A stretch of 64,000 nucleotides of DNA, taken from the human T2T-CHM13v2.0 reference genome, Homo sapiens. The DNA is taken from the NCBI RefSeq assembly GCF_009914755.1, contig NC_060937.1; one strand, 5' to 3'. Shown here piece after piece: positions 42,837-55,703 of this stretch. Within the stretch, counting starts at the first letter, position 1. Each line of letters starts with the position of its first letter. The position numbers were made by a program, and so were the translations under genes. Below the pieces are notes generated by a model, which had not been told where the DNA came from, did not search any database, and saw only the letters and a list, made by a program, of their open reading frames with translations.

Positions 42837-44832
42837 GATAAGATTGTCTTAAAAAGTATTACTTTCCCTCTCCCTCTCCCTCTCCCTCTCCCTCTCCCTC
42901 TCCCTCTCCCTCTCCCTCTCCCCACGGTCTCCCTCTCCCCACGGTCTCCCTCTCCCCACGGTCTCCGTCTCCCTCTCCCTCTCCCCACGGTCTCCCTCTC
43001 CCCCTCCCCACAGTCTCCCTCTCCCCACGGTCTCCCTCTCCCTCTCTTTCCACGGTCTCCCCCTGATGCCGAGCCGAAGCTGGACTGTACTGCTGCCATC
43101 TCGGCTCACTGCAACCTCCCTGCCTGATTCTCCTGCCTCAGCCTGCCGAGTGCCTGCGATTGCAGGCGCGCGCCGCCACGCCTGACTGGTTTTCGTATTT
43201 TTTTGGTGGAGACGGGGTTTCGCTGTGTTGGCCGGGCTGGTCTCCAGCCCCTAACCGCGAGTGATCTGCCAGCCTCGGCCTCCGGAGGTGCCGGGATTGC
43301 AGACGGTGTCTGGTTCACTCAGTGCTCAATGGTGCCCAGGCTGGAGTGCAGTGGTGTGATCTTGGCTCGCTACAACCTCCACCTCCCAGCCGCCTGCCTT
43401 GGCCTCCCAAAGTGCCCAGAGTGCAGCCTCTGCCCGGCCGCCACCCCGTCTAGGAAGTGAGGAGCATCTCTGCCTGGCCGCCCATCGTCTGGGATGTGAG
43501 GAGCCCCTCTGCCTGGCTGCCCAGTCTGCAAAGTGAGGAGCATCTCTGCCCGGCCGCCATCCCATCTAGGAAGTGAGGAGCTTCTCTGCCCGGCCGCCCA
43601 TCGTCTGAGATGTGGGGAGCGCCTTTGCCCCGCCGCCCCGTCTGGGATGTGAGGAGCGCCTCTGCCCGGCCACGACCCCATCTGGGAGGTGAGGAGCGTC
43701 TCTGCCCAGCCACCCCATCTGAGAAGGGAGGAGACCCTCCGCCCGGCAACCACCCCGTCTGAGAAGTGAGGAGCCCCTCCGCCCGGCAGCTGCCCCATCC
43801 GGGAGGGAGGTGGGGGGGTCAGTCCCCCCGCCAGGCCAGCCACCCGTCCGGGAGGGAGGTGGGGGGGTCAGCCCCCCGCCCGGCCAGCCGCCCGATCCGG
43901 GAGGGAGGTGGGGGGGTAGCCCTCCGCCCGGCCAGCTGCCCCGTCCGGGAGGTGAGGGGCGCCTCTGCCCAGCCGCCCCTACTGGGAAGTGAGGAGCCCC
44001 TCTGCCCGGCCAGCCGCTCCGTCCGGGAGGGAGGTGGGGGGGTCAGCCCCCCACCCGGCCAGCCGCCCTGTCCGGGAGGGAGGTGGGGGGTCAGCCCCCC
44101 GCCCGGCCAGCCGCCCTGTCCGGGAGGGAGGTGGGGGGGGGTCAGCCCCCCGCCCGGCCAGCCGCCCTGTCCGGGAGGGAGGTGGGGGGTGGTCAGCCCC
44201 CCGCCCGGCCAGCCGCCTCATCCTGGAGGTGAGGGGCGCCTCTGCCCGGCCGCCCCTACTGGGAAGTGAGGAGCCCCTCTGCCCGGCCACCACCCCGTCT
44301 GGGAGGTGTGCCCAATAGCTCATTGAGAACGGGCCAGGATGACAATGGCGGCTTTGTGGAATAGAAAGCGGGGAAAGGTGGGGAAAAGATTGAGAAATCG
44401 GATGGTTGCCGTGTCTGTGTGGAAAGAAGTAGACATGGGAGACTTTTCATTTTGTTCTGTACTAAGAAAAATTCTTCTGCCTTGGGATCCTGTTGATCTG
44501 TGACCTTACCCCCCAACCCTGTGCTCTCTGAAACATGTGCTGTGTCCACTCAGGGTTAAATGGATTAAGGGCAGTGCAAGATGTGCTTTGTTAAACAGAT
44601 GCTTGAAGGCAGCATGCTCGTTAAGAGTCATCACCACTCCCTAATCTCAAGTACCCAGGGACACAAACACTGTGGAAGGCCTCAGGGTCCTCTGCCTAGG
44701 AAAACCAGAGACCTTTGTTCAATTGTTTATCTGCTGACCTTCCCTCCACTATTGTCCTATGACCCTGCCAAATCCCCCTCTGTGAGAAACACCCAAGAAT
44801 GATCAATAAAAATAAAAATGAAAATTAAAAAA
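42837..44832 (+). mobile_element. Full-length SVA retrotransposon (young, D-F type) with a 28-nt 5' extension
   Basis: (CCCTCT)n from ~42865, Alu-like domain ~43065-43430, GC-rich VNTR ~43430-44310, SINE-R, AATAAA plus A tail; 17-bp TSD AAAAAATCAATTGGCTG (42820-42836, 44833-44849). Confidence 0.98.
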
Positions 44833-46609
44833 AAAAAATCAATTGGCTGTAAGGTGCATGAATTTATTTCTGGGCTCTATTCTATTCCATCAGCCTATGT
44901 GTCTGTTTTTATGCCAGTATCAAGCTGTTTTGGTTACTACTGCTTTGTAGTATACTTTGAAGTCAGGTAGTGAAATGCCTCTAGTTTGTTTGTTCTTTTT
45001 GTTTAGGATTGCTTTATATATTTAGGCCCTTTTGGAGTCTCATATGAATTTTAGGATTTTTTTTCTATTTCTGCAAAATATGCCTTTGGTATTTTGATAG
45101 AAATTGCATTAAAACTGTAGATCGCTTTGGGTGGTATGGGTATTTTAACAATAGTAATTCTTCCAATCCATGAGCATGAGATACCTTTTCATTTATATGT
45201 GTCAGTTTCTTTCATCAAAGTTTTATAGTTTTCAGTGTAGAGATTTTTTTTAACCTAGTTGGTTACATTTATTTCTAGGTATATTATTACCTTTTATAAC
45301 TATTGTAATTGAAATTTTTTTATTGATTTTTTCCAGATAGTTCACTATTAGCATATCGAAATGCTACTGATTTTTTGTACGTTGACTTTGTATCCTGCAA
45401 CTTTACTGAATTTGTTTGTTAGTTGTAACAGTATTTTCATGGGGTCTTTAGGGTTTTCTATATAATGTGATCATGTTTTCTGCAAAAAAGGACAATTTGG
45501 CTTTCTATTTTCCAGTTTGGATGCCTATCATTTCTCTCTCTTACCTAGCTGCTCTGGCTAGAACTTCCAATACTATGTTGAATAGAAATGGTAAAAGTGG
45601 GCATCTTTGGCTTGTTCCTGATCTTAGAGGGAAAGTTTTCAGCTTTTACCTATTCAGTATGATGTTAGCTGTGGATTTGTCATATATGGCCTTTATTGTT
45701 TTGAGGTACATACCTCTACACCTAATTCATTTAGAGTTTTTATTATGAAGGGATGTTAAAGATTGTTAAATGCATTTTCTGTGTTTATTAAACTGATCGC
45801 ATGATTTTTGTCTTTCTGTTAACATGGTGTATCACATTTATTGATTTGTGTATGTTAAATTATACTTGCATCCCTGGGATGAATTCCATTTGATAATAGT
45901 GAATGATATTTTTAATGTGCTATTGGATCCAGTGTGCTTGTATCTTGCTAAGAATTTTTGCATCTATATTCATCTAGGATATTGGCCTGTAGTTTTCTTT
46001 TTTTGTAGTGTCCTTGTATGATTTTGGAATCAGTGTAATGCTGGCTTCATAAAATGAGTTCAGAAGTATTCCTCTCTCTTTAATTTTCTAAAATAGTTTG
46101 AGGAGAATTAGCATTATTTCTTCTTTAAATGTTTGGTAGAATTCAACAATCAAGCCATTGAGTCTTGGGCTTTCCTTTAATGGAAGACTTCTTATTACTG
46201 ATTTAATTTCCTTACTTGTTATTGGTCTGCTTAGATTTTCTATTACTTCATAATTCAATCTTGGTAGATTGTATGTATCCAATAATTTGTCATTTCTTCT
46301 ATGTTATCAATTCATTGGCATAGCTGATCAGAGTAGTCCATTATGACCCTTTGTATTTCTGTGATGTCAGTTGTAATGTCTTTTTTCATTTCTGATTTTA
46401 TTTATTTGAGTCTTTTTTTTTCCTTAGGCTAGCTAAATGTTTGTAGATTTTACCTTTTCACAAAATAATCTCTTCATTTTGTTAATCTTTTGAATTGCTT
46501 TTTCAGTCTCTGTGGTTTGTTTCTGCTCTGATCTTTATTATTTCTTTCCTTTTACCAAATTTTGGGTCAGTTTGTTCTTGTTTTTCTAGTTCCTTGAGAT
46601 GCATCATTA

Positions 46610-46815
<206 letters not shown>

Positions 46816-48519
46816 GGAAAAAAACTTTCTTGTTTTTTCCATGCAGGTGTTTATCGCTATAAACTTTCCTCTTAAAACACTTTTGCTGTGTCCCATAGGT
46901 TTTGATTTGATGTGTTTTTATTCTTGTTTATCTAAAGGAAATTTTTTATGTTTCTTTTAATTTTTTGAGAGATTCATTGCTAATTTAAGAGCACATTGTT
47001 TCATTTCCATGTATTTGTAAAGTTTCCAGAGTTTTCTTGTAGTTGGTTTCTAGTTTTATACCATGTAGTCAGAAAAGAGACTTGATACAATCTCTGTCTT
47101 CTTAAGTTTGTTAAGACTTGTTTTGTCACCTACCATCTAATTTAAACTGGAGGCTGTTCTATGTGCAGTTACAAAGAGTATTTATTCTGCAGTTATTTGA
47201 TAGAATGTTCTGTAAATTGTTTTGAATTATAATGTAATTGTTTTGAATTGTTCCTGAACTAAATGTCTGTTAGGTTGAGTTGGTCTATGGTGCAATTTAA
47301 GTCTATGATGTTTCTTTGTTAATTTTTGGTCTAGATGATCTGGCCATTGTTGAAAGTAGGGTTTTGGAGTCTTCTACTTTTATTTATTGTATTGCAGGCT
47401 ATCTATTCTCTTAGGTCCAGTAATGTTTGTTTTATTTATTTGGGTGCTCTGGTGTTGGGTGCTTACATATTTACAATTGTTATATTTTCTTGTAAAATTG
47501 GTCCCTTTATCATTGTATAATGACTTTCTTTGTCTCTTTTTTTACAATTTTTAATGTCTATTTTATCTGGTTTCTGTTTGCATGAGATATCTTTTTCCAT
47601 TTCTTCACTTTTATTCTGTTTGTTTTTAGCAGCGAGGTGAGTCTCTTCTTGGCAGCACATATTTGGGTCTTGAAAAAAATCCATTTGGCTACTATACATT
47701 TTTTAGTTGAAGAATTTAATCAATTTACGTTCAAGGTTATTACTGATAAAGACTTGCTCTTGCCATTTTGTTAATTATTTCTAGTTTCTTTGCACAGCCT
47801 TTGATTTTTTCTTCCTATCTTATTGTTTACCTCTGTAGTTTGGTGGTTTTCTGTGGTGCTAAACTTTGTTTTCTTTCTCCTTCTTATTTGTGTATCTGCT
47901 GCAATTTCTTTCTTTGTGGTTACCATGGGGCTAGGATTAAAAGTGCTATAGTTATAATAGACTATTTTAAACTGATAGCAACTTAATTTTGATTGCATAA
48001 AAATACTCTAGACTTTTCCCCTCCACTCATAATTCATATTTTGTGGCTGTAATTTGCTTCTTTATCTATTATGTCTTCCTTAGCCACTAATTGTAGCTGT
48101 TGTTATTTTTGACTATTTTGATTTTAAACCCTTCATGCCAGAAAATTAAGTAATGCTCTGATTGCTGTGCCACAAACGGATGTTTCCCTAACCATAGACT
48201 TTTCTGACACCTCAAGTACCTAACTTTATTAATCTAGACTTGATGCATTTCTGCAATTGGACTCTGACACTGCAGGAGCAAAATGTCTTCCTAAATGCAA
48301 ACTCCTCCTGTCAAAACTGGAACATCTGTAGGATAGGGTGCAGGATCCACCACTGGGGCTATTTAGGTTATAATGATAGTGGCCTTCTCCTCCTATACAT
48401 GCACTCTTGATATTACTCAGAGAAGTTGCCAGATGGTATTACTGATGTTTTGCTCATGTGTATATTCTGGGTGGTCATTCCTGCTATTGGGGCTATCCAA
48501 TTAGAAAAGGTTATACACA

Positions 48520-50870
48520 ACTTGTATTTGGTTTCTCTGATTTTCTCTATTATTTTCTATTTTCTATTTAATTTATTTCTGTTGTTATTTAATTATTTTC
48601 TTCCTAGGCTTAGTTTGCCCTTTTGTTTCTATGTTCTTAAGGTGAAAAGTTGGGTTATTTATCTTTTTTTTAATAATTAGATTTTTACTTTTCAAATAGC
48701 ATAATATTCTTAAAGCTGTAATTTGTCTGTAATCAATGCTTTAGATGCATTCTATAGGTTTGGTATGTTTTATTTTCATTTATCTTAAAAAGTATTTTCT
48801 AATTTCAGACCAGATTTTTTATTTGCTCTTTGTGATTCATTTCCTGGCAATTTCTTCTTTAACTCCTTGTTTATTTAGCAGTGTATTGTTTAATTTTTAC
48901 ATATTTGTGAATTTTCCAAAGTTATATTATTGATTTATAATTTAATTCTATTGTGGTTGGAAAACATACTTTGTGTAATTTAAATTATTTAAAATTAATC
49001 CTTTTAAATTATTTTAAATTTATTAAAGGTGTTCTATAGCCTAAAATAAGGCATATGCTGGGTAATGTTTTATGTGCACTTGAGAAAAATGTGTATTCTG
49101 GTGTTTTTGTGGAGTGTCCTGCAGATATCTGTTAGATCTAGACATACTTATTTTTACGGAATTTTCCTAGGGGTGACAATTAACAGTTTATTTATATCAA
49201 TCTAGTTCAAAAATAACACCAACTAGTTTTAATAGTATACACAACTTTGTTCCTGTATAGAGCTCCATGTCCTCCCCACTTGTGCTATTGTCATAAAATA
49301 CATCTTTAAACATTACAAGTCCATTCACACCGTTTTATAAATATTGCTTTATGCAATTTTCTTTTAAATTACTCAGAAAAAGAAAATAGTTGCAAAGGAA
49401 AAAGATATCTATACTGTATTTTATGTTTACCTACATAGTTAACATTACTGATGTTTTTTATTTCTTTGTATGGATTCAAGTTTCTGTCCAGTGTCCAGGG
49501 CTCCCTAGGAGCCCCTGGGAACAATCATTTCATTTCAGCCTGCAGGGCTTCCTTATTGTTTCTTAGAGGGCTGCAAGTGCTCTCAGTGTTTTGTTTACCT
49601 GGAAATGTCTTAATTTAGTCCTTGTTTTTGAAGGGTTATTTTCCTGGATTCTTGGTTAGCTGTCTTTTTCTTTCATGACTTTGAATATGCAATTCCACTG
49701 CCATCTGGCCTCCATTGTTTCTGATGAACTGTTGCCTATACATCTTATTGATGATTATTTTTAAATGTTGAATCACCTCTTTTACTGCTTTAAAAGTTCT
49801 CTGTCTGCCTTTTGACAGTTTGATTATTTTGTATCTAGGTAATCTCTTTCAGTTTATCCTACCTGTAGTTTGTTGAGCTATTTATATGTATGGGTTGATG
49901 TTTGTTATCCAAGTTGGGATGTTTTCAGTTATTGTTTCCCTCAAATATTCTTTCTGTCAGTTTTCTCTTTTCTTTTCCCTTGAGACTCTTATTATGTGTT
50001 TGTTGCTATGTTTGATAGTGTACCATTGGTCTCTGGGGGCTTTCTTCATGCTTCTTGTTCTTTTTTTTTTCTGCTACTCATGCAGGATAATCTCAATTTG
50101 CCTATATTCAAGTTCATTGATTATTTCTTCTGCCAGCTCAGATCTGCTGTTGAGCCCCTCTAGTGAATTTACAAATTAAATTATTATTCTTTTCAACTCT
50201 AGAATTTCTATTTGGCTCATTTAAAAATAATTTATATATTTTAATTTATGTTCTCTATTTGGTAAAATATCATTCTTATGCTTTCATTTAGTTCTTTAGA
50301 CATGGTTTCTGTTATTTCTTTATCATAAGGAGTTAAAAATCTTTGTCTAGTAAGTCTACAACATGGACTTCCTAAGAGACTGGTTTTCCCCTGCATATGA
50401 GTTGTACTTTCCTGTCTTTTGCATGTCTCATATTTTTGTTGTTGTTGTTGTTGAAAACTGAACATTTAAGATAATATAATGAGGCAACTCTGGAACTCAT
50501 ATCTCCTCTCTAAGGTGTTTTATTGCTGTTTTTATATTGTAGTTGTTGCTGTTGATTTTGTTTGTTTAGTGACTTTCCTGAACTAATTTTCTAAAGTCTC
50601 TATTCTTTCTCATGTGTGACCACTGAAGTCTCTACTTCGTTAAGCTTGTGGTAAGCCAAAGCTTGGACAGAGATGTTCTTATTACCTTACCCAACTTGTC
50701 TCTCAACCTTTTTTGAGTGTCTCTGTGTAAAAATTGGGACATACCTTCACTGTCCTGGTAGTTTACAACTCTGTTTAGTTTTTATTTTGCTTGTACAGAG
50801 ACTCATGGTCAACATAAGCAGGAAGTTAGGAATTTCTCAAGTCACTCCCTGCTATGTCCATAGTCCTCCT
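48520..50870 (-). mobile_element. Old L1M fragments (ORF2 5' part and ORF1 region), antisense
   Basis: T-rich strand; TGTGCACTTGAGAAAAATGTGTATTCTG and GATCTGCTGTTGAGCCCCTCTAGTGAATTT L1 motifs. Confidence 0.8.

Positions 50871-50871
<1 letters not shown>

Positions 50872-50910
<39 letters not shown>
50872..50910. repeat. Poly(T) tract of ~39 nt
   Basis: Directly visible. Confidence 0.97.
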
Positions 50911-50911
<1 letters not shown>

Positions 50912-53900
50912 TGATTATCAGTAAGGTGTTTCCACAAGAGGGGACATAGGACAGACTCAAAATAACAAAGTTTAATGTACTCACAGGTCTTAGAAACAAG
51001 AGACATGACATAACTACCACAACTATGTGAAAAACTTCTTTGGCAAACTTAACAAAGTAATAGGCTCGGATGTTTTCTCTAATTCGGTGCACTCTACATA
51101 TGTTCTCCTCGATCTCTGCTCCTAAAGATGAAATATTTGTAGCCACATAAAGAAATTTACCATGATTTCTCAATGCAATATGGAATCTTCTTGTGTATAA
51201 TCTTTCTCTATTTATTGCTTTCTATATAACGTGTGTTTTAATAGCTTTCAGAGATAATTTGTTTTATTTTTCCAACTCAAATGAGAGACTCTAGCAATGA
51301 ATATATATAAGATAAAGTGGATAAAAAAGGTGAGAAATGTCAAGGCAAAAAAATTTAGATAATTTAGACTTCTGTGGATGTCTCTCAAATAATACTCTTC
51401 AGATTATGGCTTATTCCATTTATGTTTAAGGCTAGCACTATGTAAAACCTCTGTCTCTTAACCCAAAGTATAACTTGCTCTTTCTAAATAGGAAACTAGA
51501 AATAATTTTGAAAACGAATCAATAAAAATTTCAAATTATTGCATGAGTAGAACTCAAATTAAAATCTGTCTAGTAAGCTACATTATGCAGTTGCCAATGA
51601 AAGCAGCAGGAAGTGTCAACTGTTTGGGAGGATCTGCGGTGTACTTGGACTTGCCTGGCATTGTTATTTGCTTCTAATCACTCTGGGAAGTGTTGTGGTG
51701 GAAAATAAGGCTAAGAGGAAATGTGCAGAACAGCCAAGGAAGCTCCTGGGAACAAACAAAGCAGGCTATGCCAAAAGGTTCCTGATATTCCTTCTAGACG
51801 CTCTGTACTGCTTCTCTGCGCTATCACTTCACAAAAGAGGGGCTCTGCTTTCTTCCACTTCAGATTTTATGTTGGTTTGCATCCGTAGATTATCTCCACC
51901 TGTGTTTAAAATGTCTCATGTGAAATGCCTGCAAGAGAGTGGGATCACTGGGTTATCCTGTATCTGAGCAGTGTAAAGGAAAATTTCTCTAATTTTGGTA
52001 ACTATCCAAGGTTTGGGTTTGAAGAAGAACATATACAGCATGATTTAAAGGGAAACAAGGACTATTTATTGATATATTGGCCATATAGCTCGTCTTTTAA
52101 ATTGTTTTTTTAAAAATATGCATTGAGGATTTAAAAATCCTTTAAAACTAGTTTTAGAAGAACTGGTATAATATTAAGTAGATTATTTTAACTTACCTAA
52201 TAGTATGATTCAAAGTAGCACAAGTTTTTTTTTTTTTTTTTTTTGCTTTTCCCACAAAATCCATTTTAAAAAGCTATAATTGTCTTTATATCTATATGCT
52301 GATGTTGTGTGCAATATAGTGGAATGAAATGAGTCTGGGTCATACTTAGTTCAAAATATTATTCTACCTCTTCTTTTTTATGACTCCTTGAATAAGTTAC
52401 TTAACACTCTTGCATCTCAATTTTTCTTCCTGTGATGTGGTTAAGTATTTAATTGTAAAAAAATGCAATCATTTATGAAAGTATTAGCTTAGTGCTTGAC
52501 ACAGTGAGCACTTGATAATAGTTACTTCGAATTGGAATATGGTCTCTATTGCTCCTCTGTCCTTACCTCCATGGATCATCCAACTGGGAGGTAGAAATCT
52601 TTTTCACATCACCTTTGTAATTGTAGAGTTGCTAAATAGCCTTATTTACTACAAATTGTTACTTTTAAGAAGCATATTTCTTCTAACCCTTTGAAAAAGG
52701 AGGAAGAGTAGAATTCAGCAAATATCCAGTATATACTGTGTTCTGGGAGTAAGGAAGACAAATATTTCTTGGTATCCAACTCATGTTGTTAGCAAGTAAG
52801 TGCCTGGAGCACGGTAGGTTGTTTTGTAGTCTGTTACATGATAGGCCCTGTGCCAGGCTCTTTGCACATTGCTGGCGGTGGAGAGAAAGGTCCTATCCAC
52901 AGAGTTTGTCTTTCCATGTGGAAGGAATTCCACAAGTATAAGACTCTTGGTGGCTTATCCAACTCTCTCCTTCAGTGCTCCCAAGATTACTCGTGAGTTT
53001 GGAAAGAGGAATTTTGCATATGTAGCCTAATTCTTTTTATCTCATCAGGGTCAGCCTGCAGAGAGAACATATTCATCTATGACCTTCCTTCTATTCCAGT
53101 GGAGAGATCTACAGCCTTCAGTATTGCCTGTGACTGGAGTAACTCTGTTTAATTTGAGGATCCAGTATTAGAAAGCTCGTGATTACTGAACACTGAAGCC
53201 ACATTCATGAATCCATCAGTAATAAAAGCTATCTTTGTTTTCCTTCTGCCTAACCCTGCTTTAATCTCGCAAACATTTCTAAAGTTAGGAGGGAAAAGGA
53301 TGTTTTCACTTATTAGCTTTAAAAAATCCTATTATACATTTAACCCACATATCTGCTGACTTGTTCGCCTCTATCTGCATAACAGCAGGATCTCAATACC
53401 TCCCAGTTATTTCCATATATTTCCAGAATGATGTCTCAAAATGTCCACACTCTAGATGTGGTTGTCCTTTGGGCCCAGACTTTTTCTTCTTATGTTTTAG
53501 CTCCCAAGTGTATAGAACTGCTACCTGAGAAGGTTCATTACTGTCATTGCACATCATGGTTTACTAATTTACTTTAAGATAAATGTCTCCCCCCAAAATA
53601 CTTTGCATCAGGCTATAGCCCTTGAGTTGCCAAAATGTTGTAGGGTTTCATGGATGGCCTTTTCCCAATACTATCCCTCAATTTAAAATAAAATTAAAGG
53701 CCCAGAGAACCTCTTCTTGGGCTCAATGTCTTACAGAATCTTTCATGGAGAAGAGTTTAGTAATTTTTGACCTCATCCCACTAATTATACGGGCTGAAAC
53801 ATAGAACTGTAGTTCTGTTTGGAACAGACATGATAGCATCCCTACCATTTATCTCTTCTCAGAGTATAAAACTCCAGTCACAAATTCCCTTTTCTTATTC

Positions 53901-54564
53901 TTTTTGCAAAACACAAGCTCCTATGTATATCACTTGCTGCAAATGGTTATCTTGGATATAGGTGTCAGAATGAGGGTTGATGGATGGTGGCCTGGTGATG
54001 AGCCCTGACTTAATCTGCCTTAGACCATAGATTGTGTACCTTTTGTTTTACTTCTTTTCAGTGTTACTCTAAACACCCTTGGGTGTTTACTACTATTATA
54101 GAAGACAGGTTGTATATGTATCTCCATAATCTGATATATATTTATCTTCATGAATAGAGAGGCATGGTATGTGAATAATTGGACTTTATGTATTCACCAT
54201 TGCTTAGCCAAGTGCATTTCCATGAAAATTATCCTGCGGAAATGACAATATTCATTTCATTAAGAGGTGGTTGGTTAGAGAGTCACAAAACATATTTTTG
54301 TTCTCCTAGTTATGTGCAGGTGTTTGGAGGCAACTCAAACCTCAGACTTTGTGGACCAAAATGAATCAGAGACCTGAAATTGACTCCTCTTTTCCACTTT
54401 GGCTGACTTCCTTTAGTTCATGAAATTAATCTCTGAGTCTGAGAACTCATTTTAAGGTCGACTGTGTGTACAGATGAGGATAAGAATAAGAGATGTAGGT
54501 AGAGCAATGAAGAGGTAACACGACATAAGCATTTAGAAAGCAGTGTTTAATCCTTGACTTTCCA

Positions 54565-55703
54565 CTAAAATGGCCATTAAAAATTAATCCTACCCCAACT
54601 CCGGCTACATACAAATAAAGTAATTTTCAAGGAAAATAAAAAACACAAGAGAAAAATCTCATCCTAAAGTGTGTTTACATTTTCCAAGAGATTTCAAAAT
54701 GGCAACAATAATTCATTTTCAATTGTTTCCACATTTTGCATTGAAAATATGTTGGCTATGAAAATTACTAGAAAACAAATACAGAAATGTGTTCTTTACC
54801 ATTGATATAGATGCGTCGTCATGAATCTAATATCTATTTAGCCTTCTTCCTTTCATTTTGGCGGGGGCTGAAATTTCAGCAGGGACAGTGAAAAGCCCAT
54901 GGAAATAAAAATTAGAATGTCTCCAGAAAGAAAGAGGAAGTAAAAGGCAAGTACTAACTGGTAAATATCATTCGAGGTGATTTCAGATAAGGCCATAACC
55001 CAGGTTAAAAATATATCAAAACACAATTGTCATTATTATAACATAAACTAATAAATATTAATTAGATCCCTATTTTGGGCAAAGTACTGTGTTGAGCACT
55101 ATGGTAGATACAAAGATGTTAAAATGGACTCAATGTGTGTAAGAGGATTACAGTCTAGAACAGGTAGTTGTATATATGCTATTGAATACAGCTATGCATG
55201 TAAGATGTAGTCTATTATAGTACAGATGTATAAGTTATTTCAAAGTAGCACATTAATAATTGACAAATAAATAGTAAAACTAGTAAGTGCTTAAGAGGAG
55301 AAGTAAGGCAGAAAGACACCACTGCCTTCTGGGGTGAGTTTAATTCTAGCATCAGCCAACATTTATTCAACCCTTACTATGGGCCAGGCAATGTTCTATG
55401 GACTTCACATGTATTAACTAATTTTATCCATATGATAACCCTACGAGGTAGAAACAATTATTATCATTCCATGTTGCATATATGTATTTGTTTTCTAGTA
55501 ATTTTGATAGCCAACATATTTTCAATGTAAATGTGGAAACAATTGAAAATGAATACTTCTTCTTGCCATTTTGAAATCTCTTGGAAAATGTGAACATACT
55601 TTAGGATGAGATTTTTCTCTTGTGTTTTTTATTTTCCTTGAAAATTACTTTATTTGTATGTAGCTGGAGTTGGGGTAGGATTAATTTTTAATGGCCATTT
55701 TAG
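54565..55703. repeat. Long inverted repeat: arms 54565-54783 and 55483-55703 (~220 bp, about 95% identical by eye)
   Basis: CTAAAATGGCCATTAAAAATTAATCCTACCCCAACTCC... is the reverse complement of ...GGAGTTGGGGTAGGATTAATTTTTAATGGCCATTTTAG; the match continues to ACTAGAAAACAAATACA / TGTATTTGTTTTCTAGT. Confidence 0.95.

Noticed and set aside
43430-44310. Regularly spaced repeats resembling a CRISPR-like array
   Set aside because: This is the SVA VNTR: tandem units without unique spacers, in a eukaryotic context with no cas genes.
42699-44802. Many overlapping 60-170 aa ORFs rich in Pro/Gly/Arg
   Set aside because: Artefacts of the stop-poor SVA hexamer and VNTR repeats; SVA is non-coding.
50826-51173. 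115-aa ORF with poly-Lys, or poly(T) as the tail of a processed pseudogene
   Set aside because: The poly-Lys is just the T tract; no TSD or recognisable parent mRNA was found.
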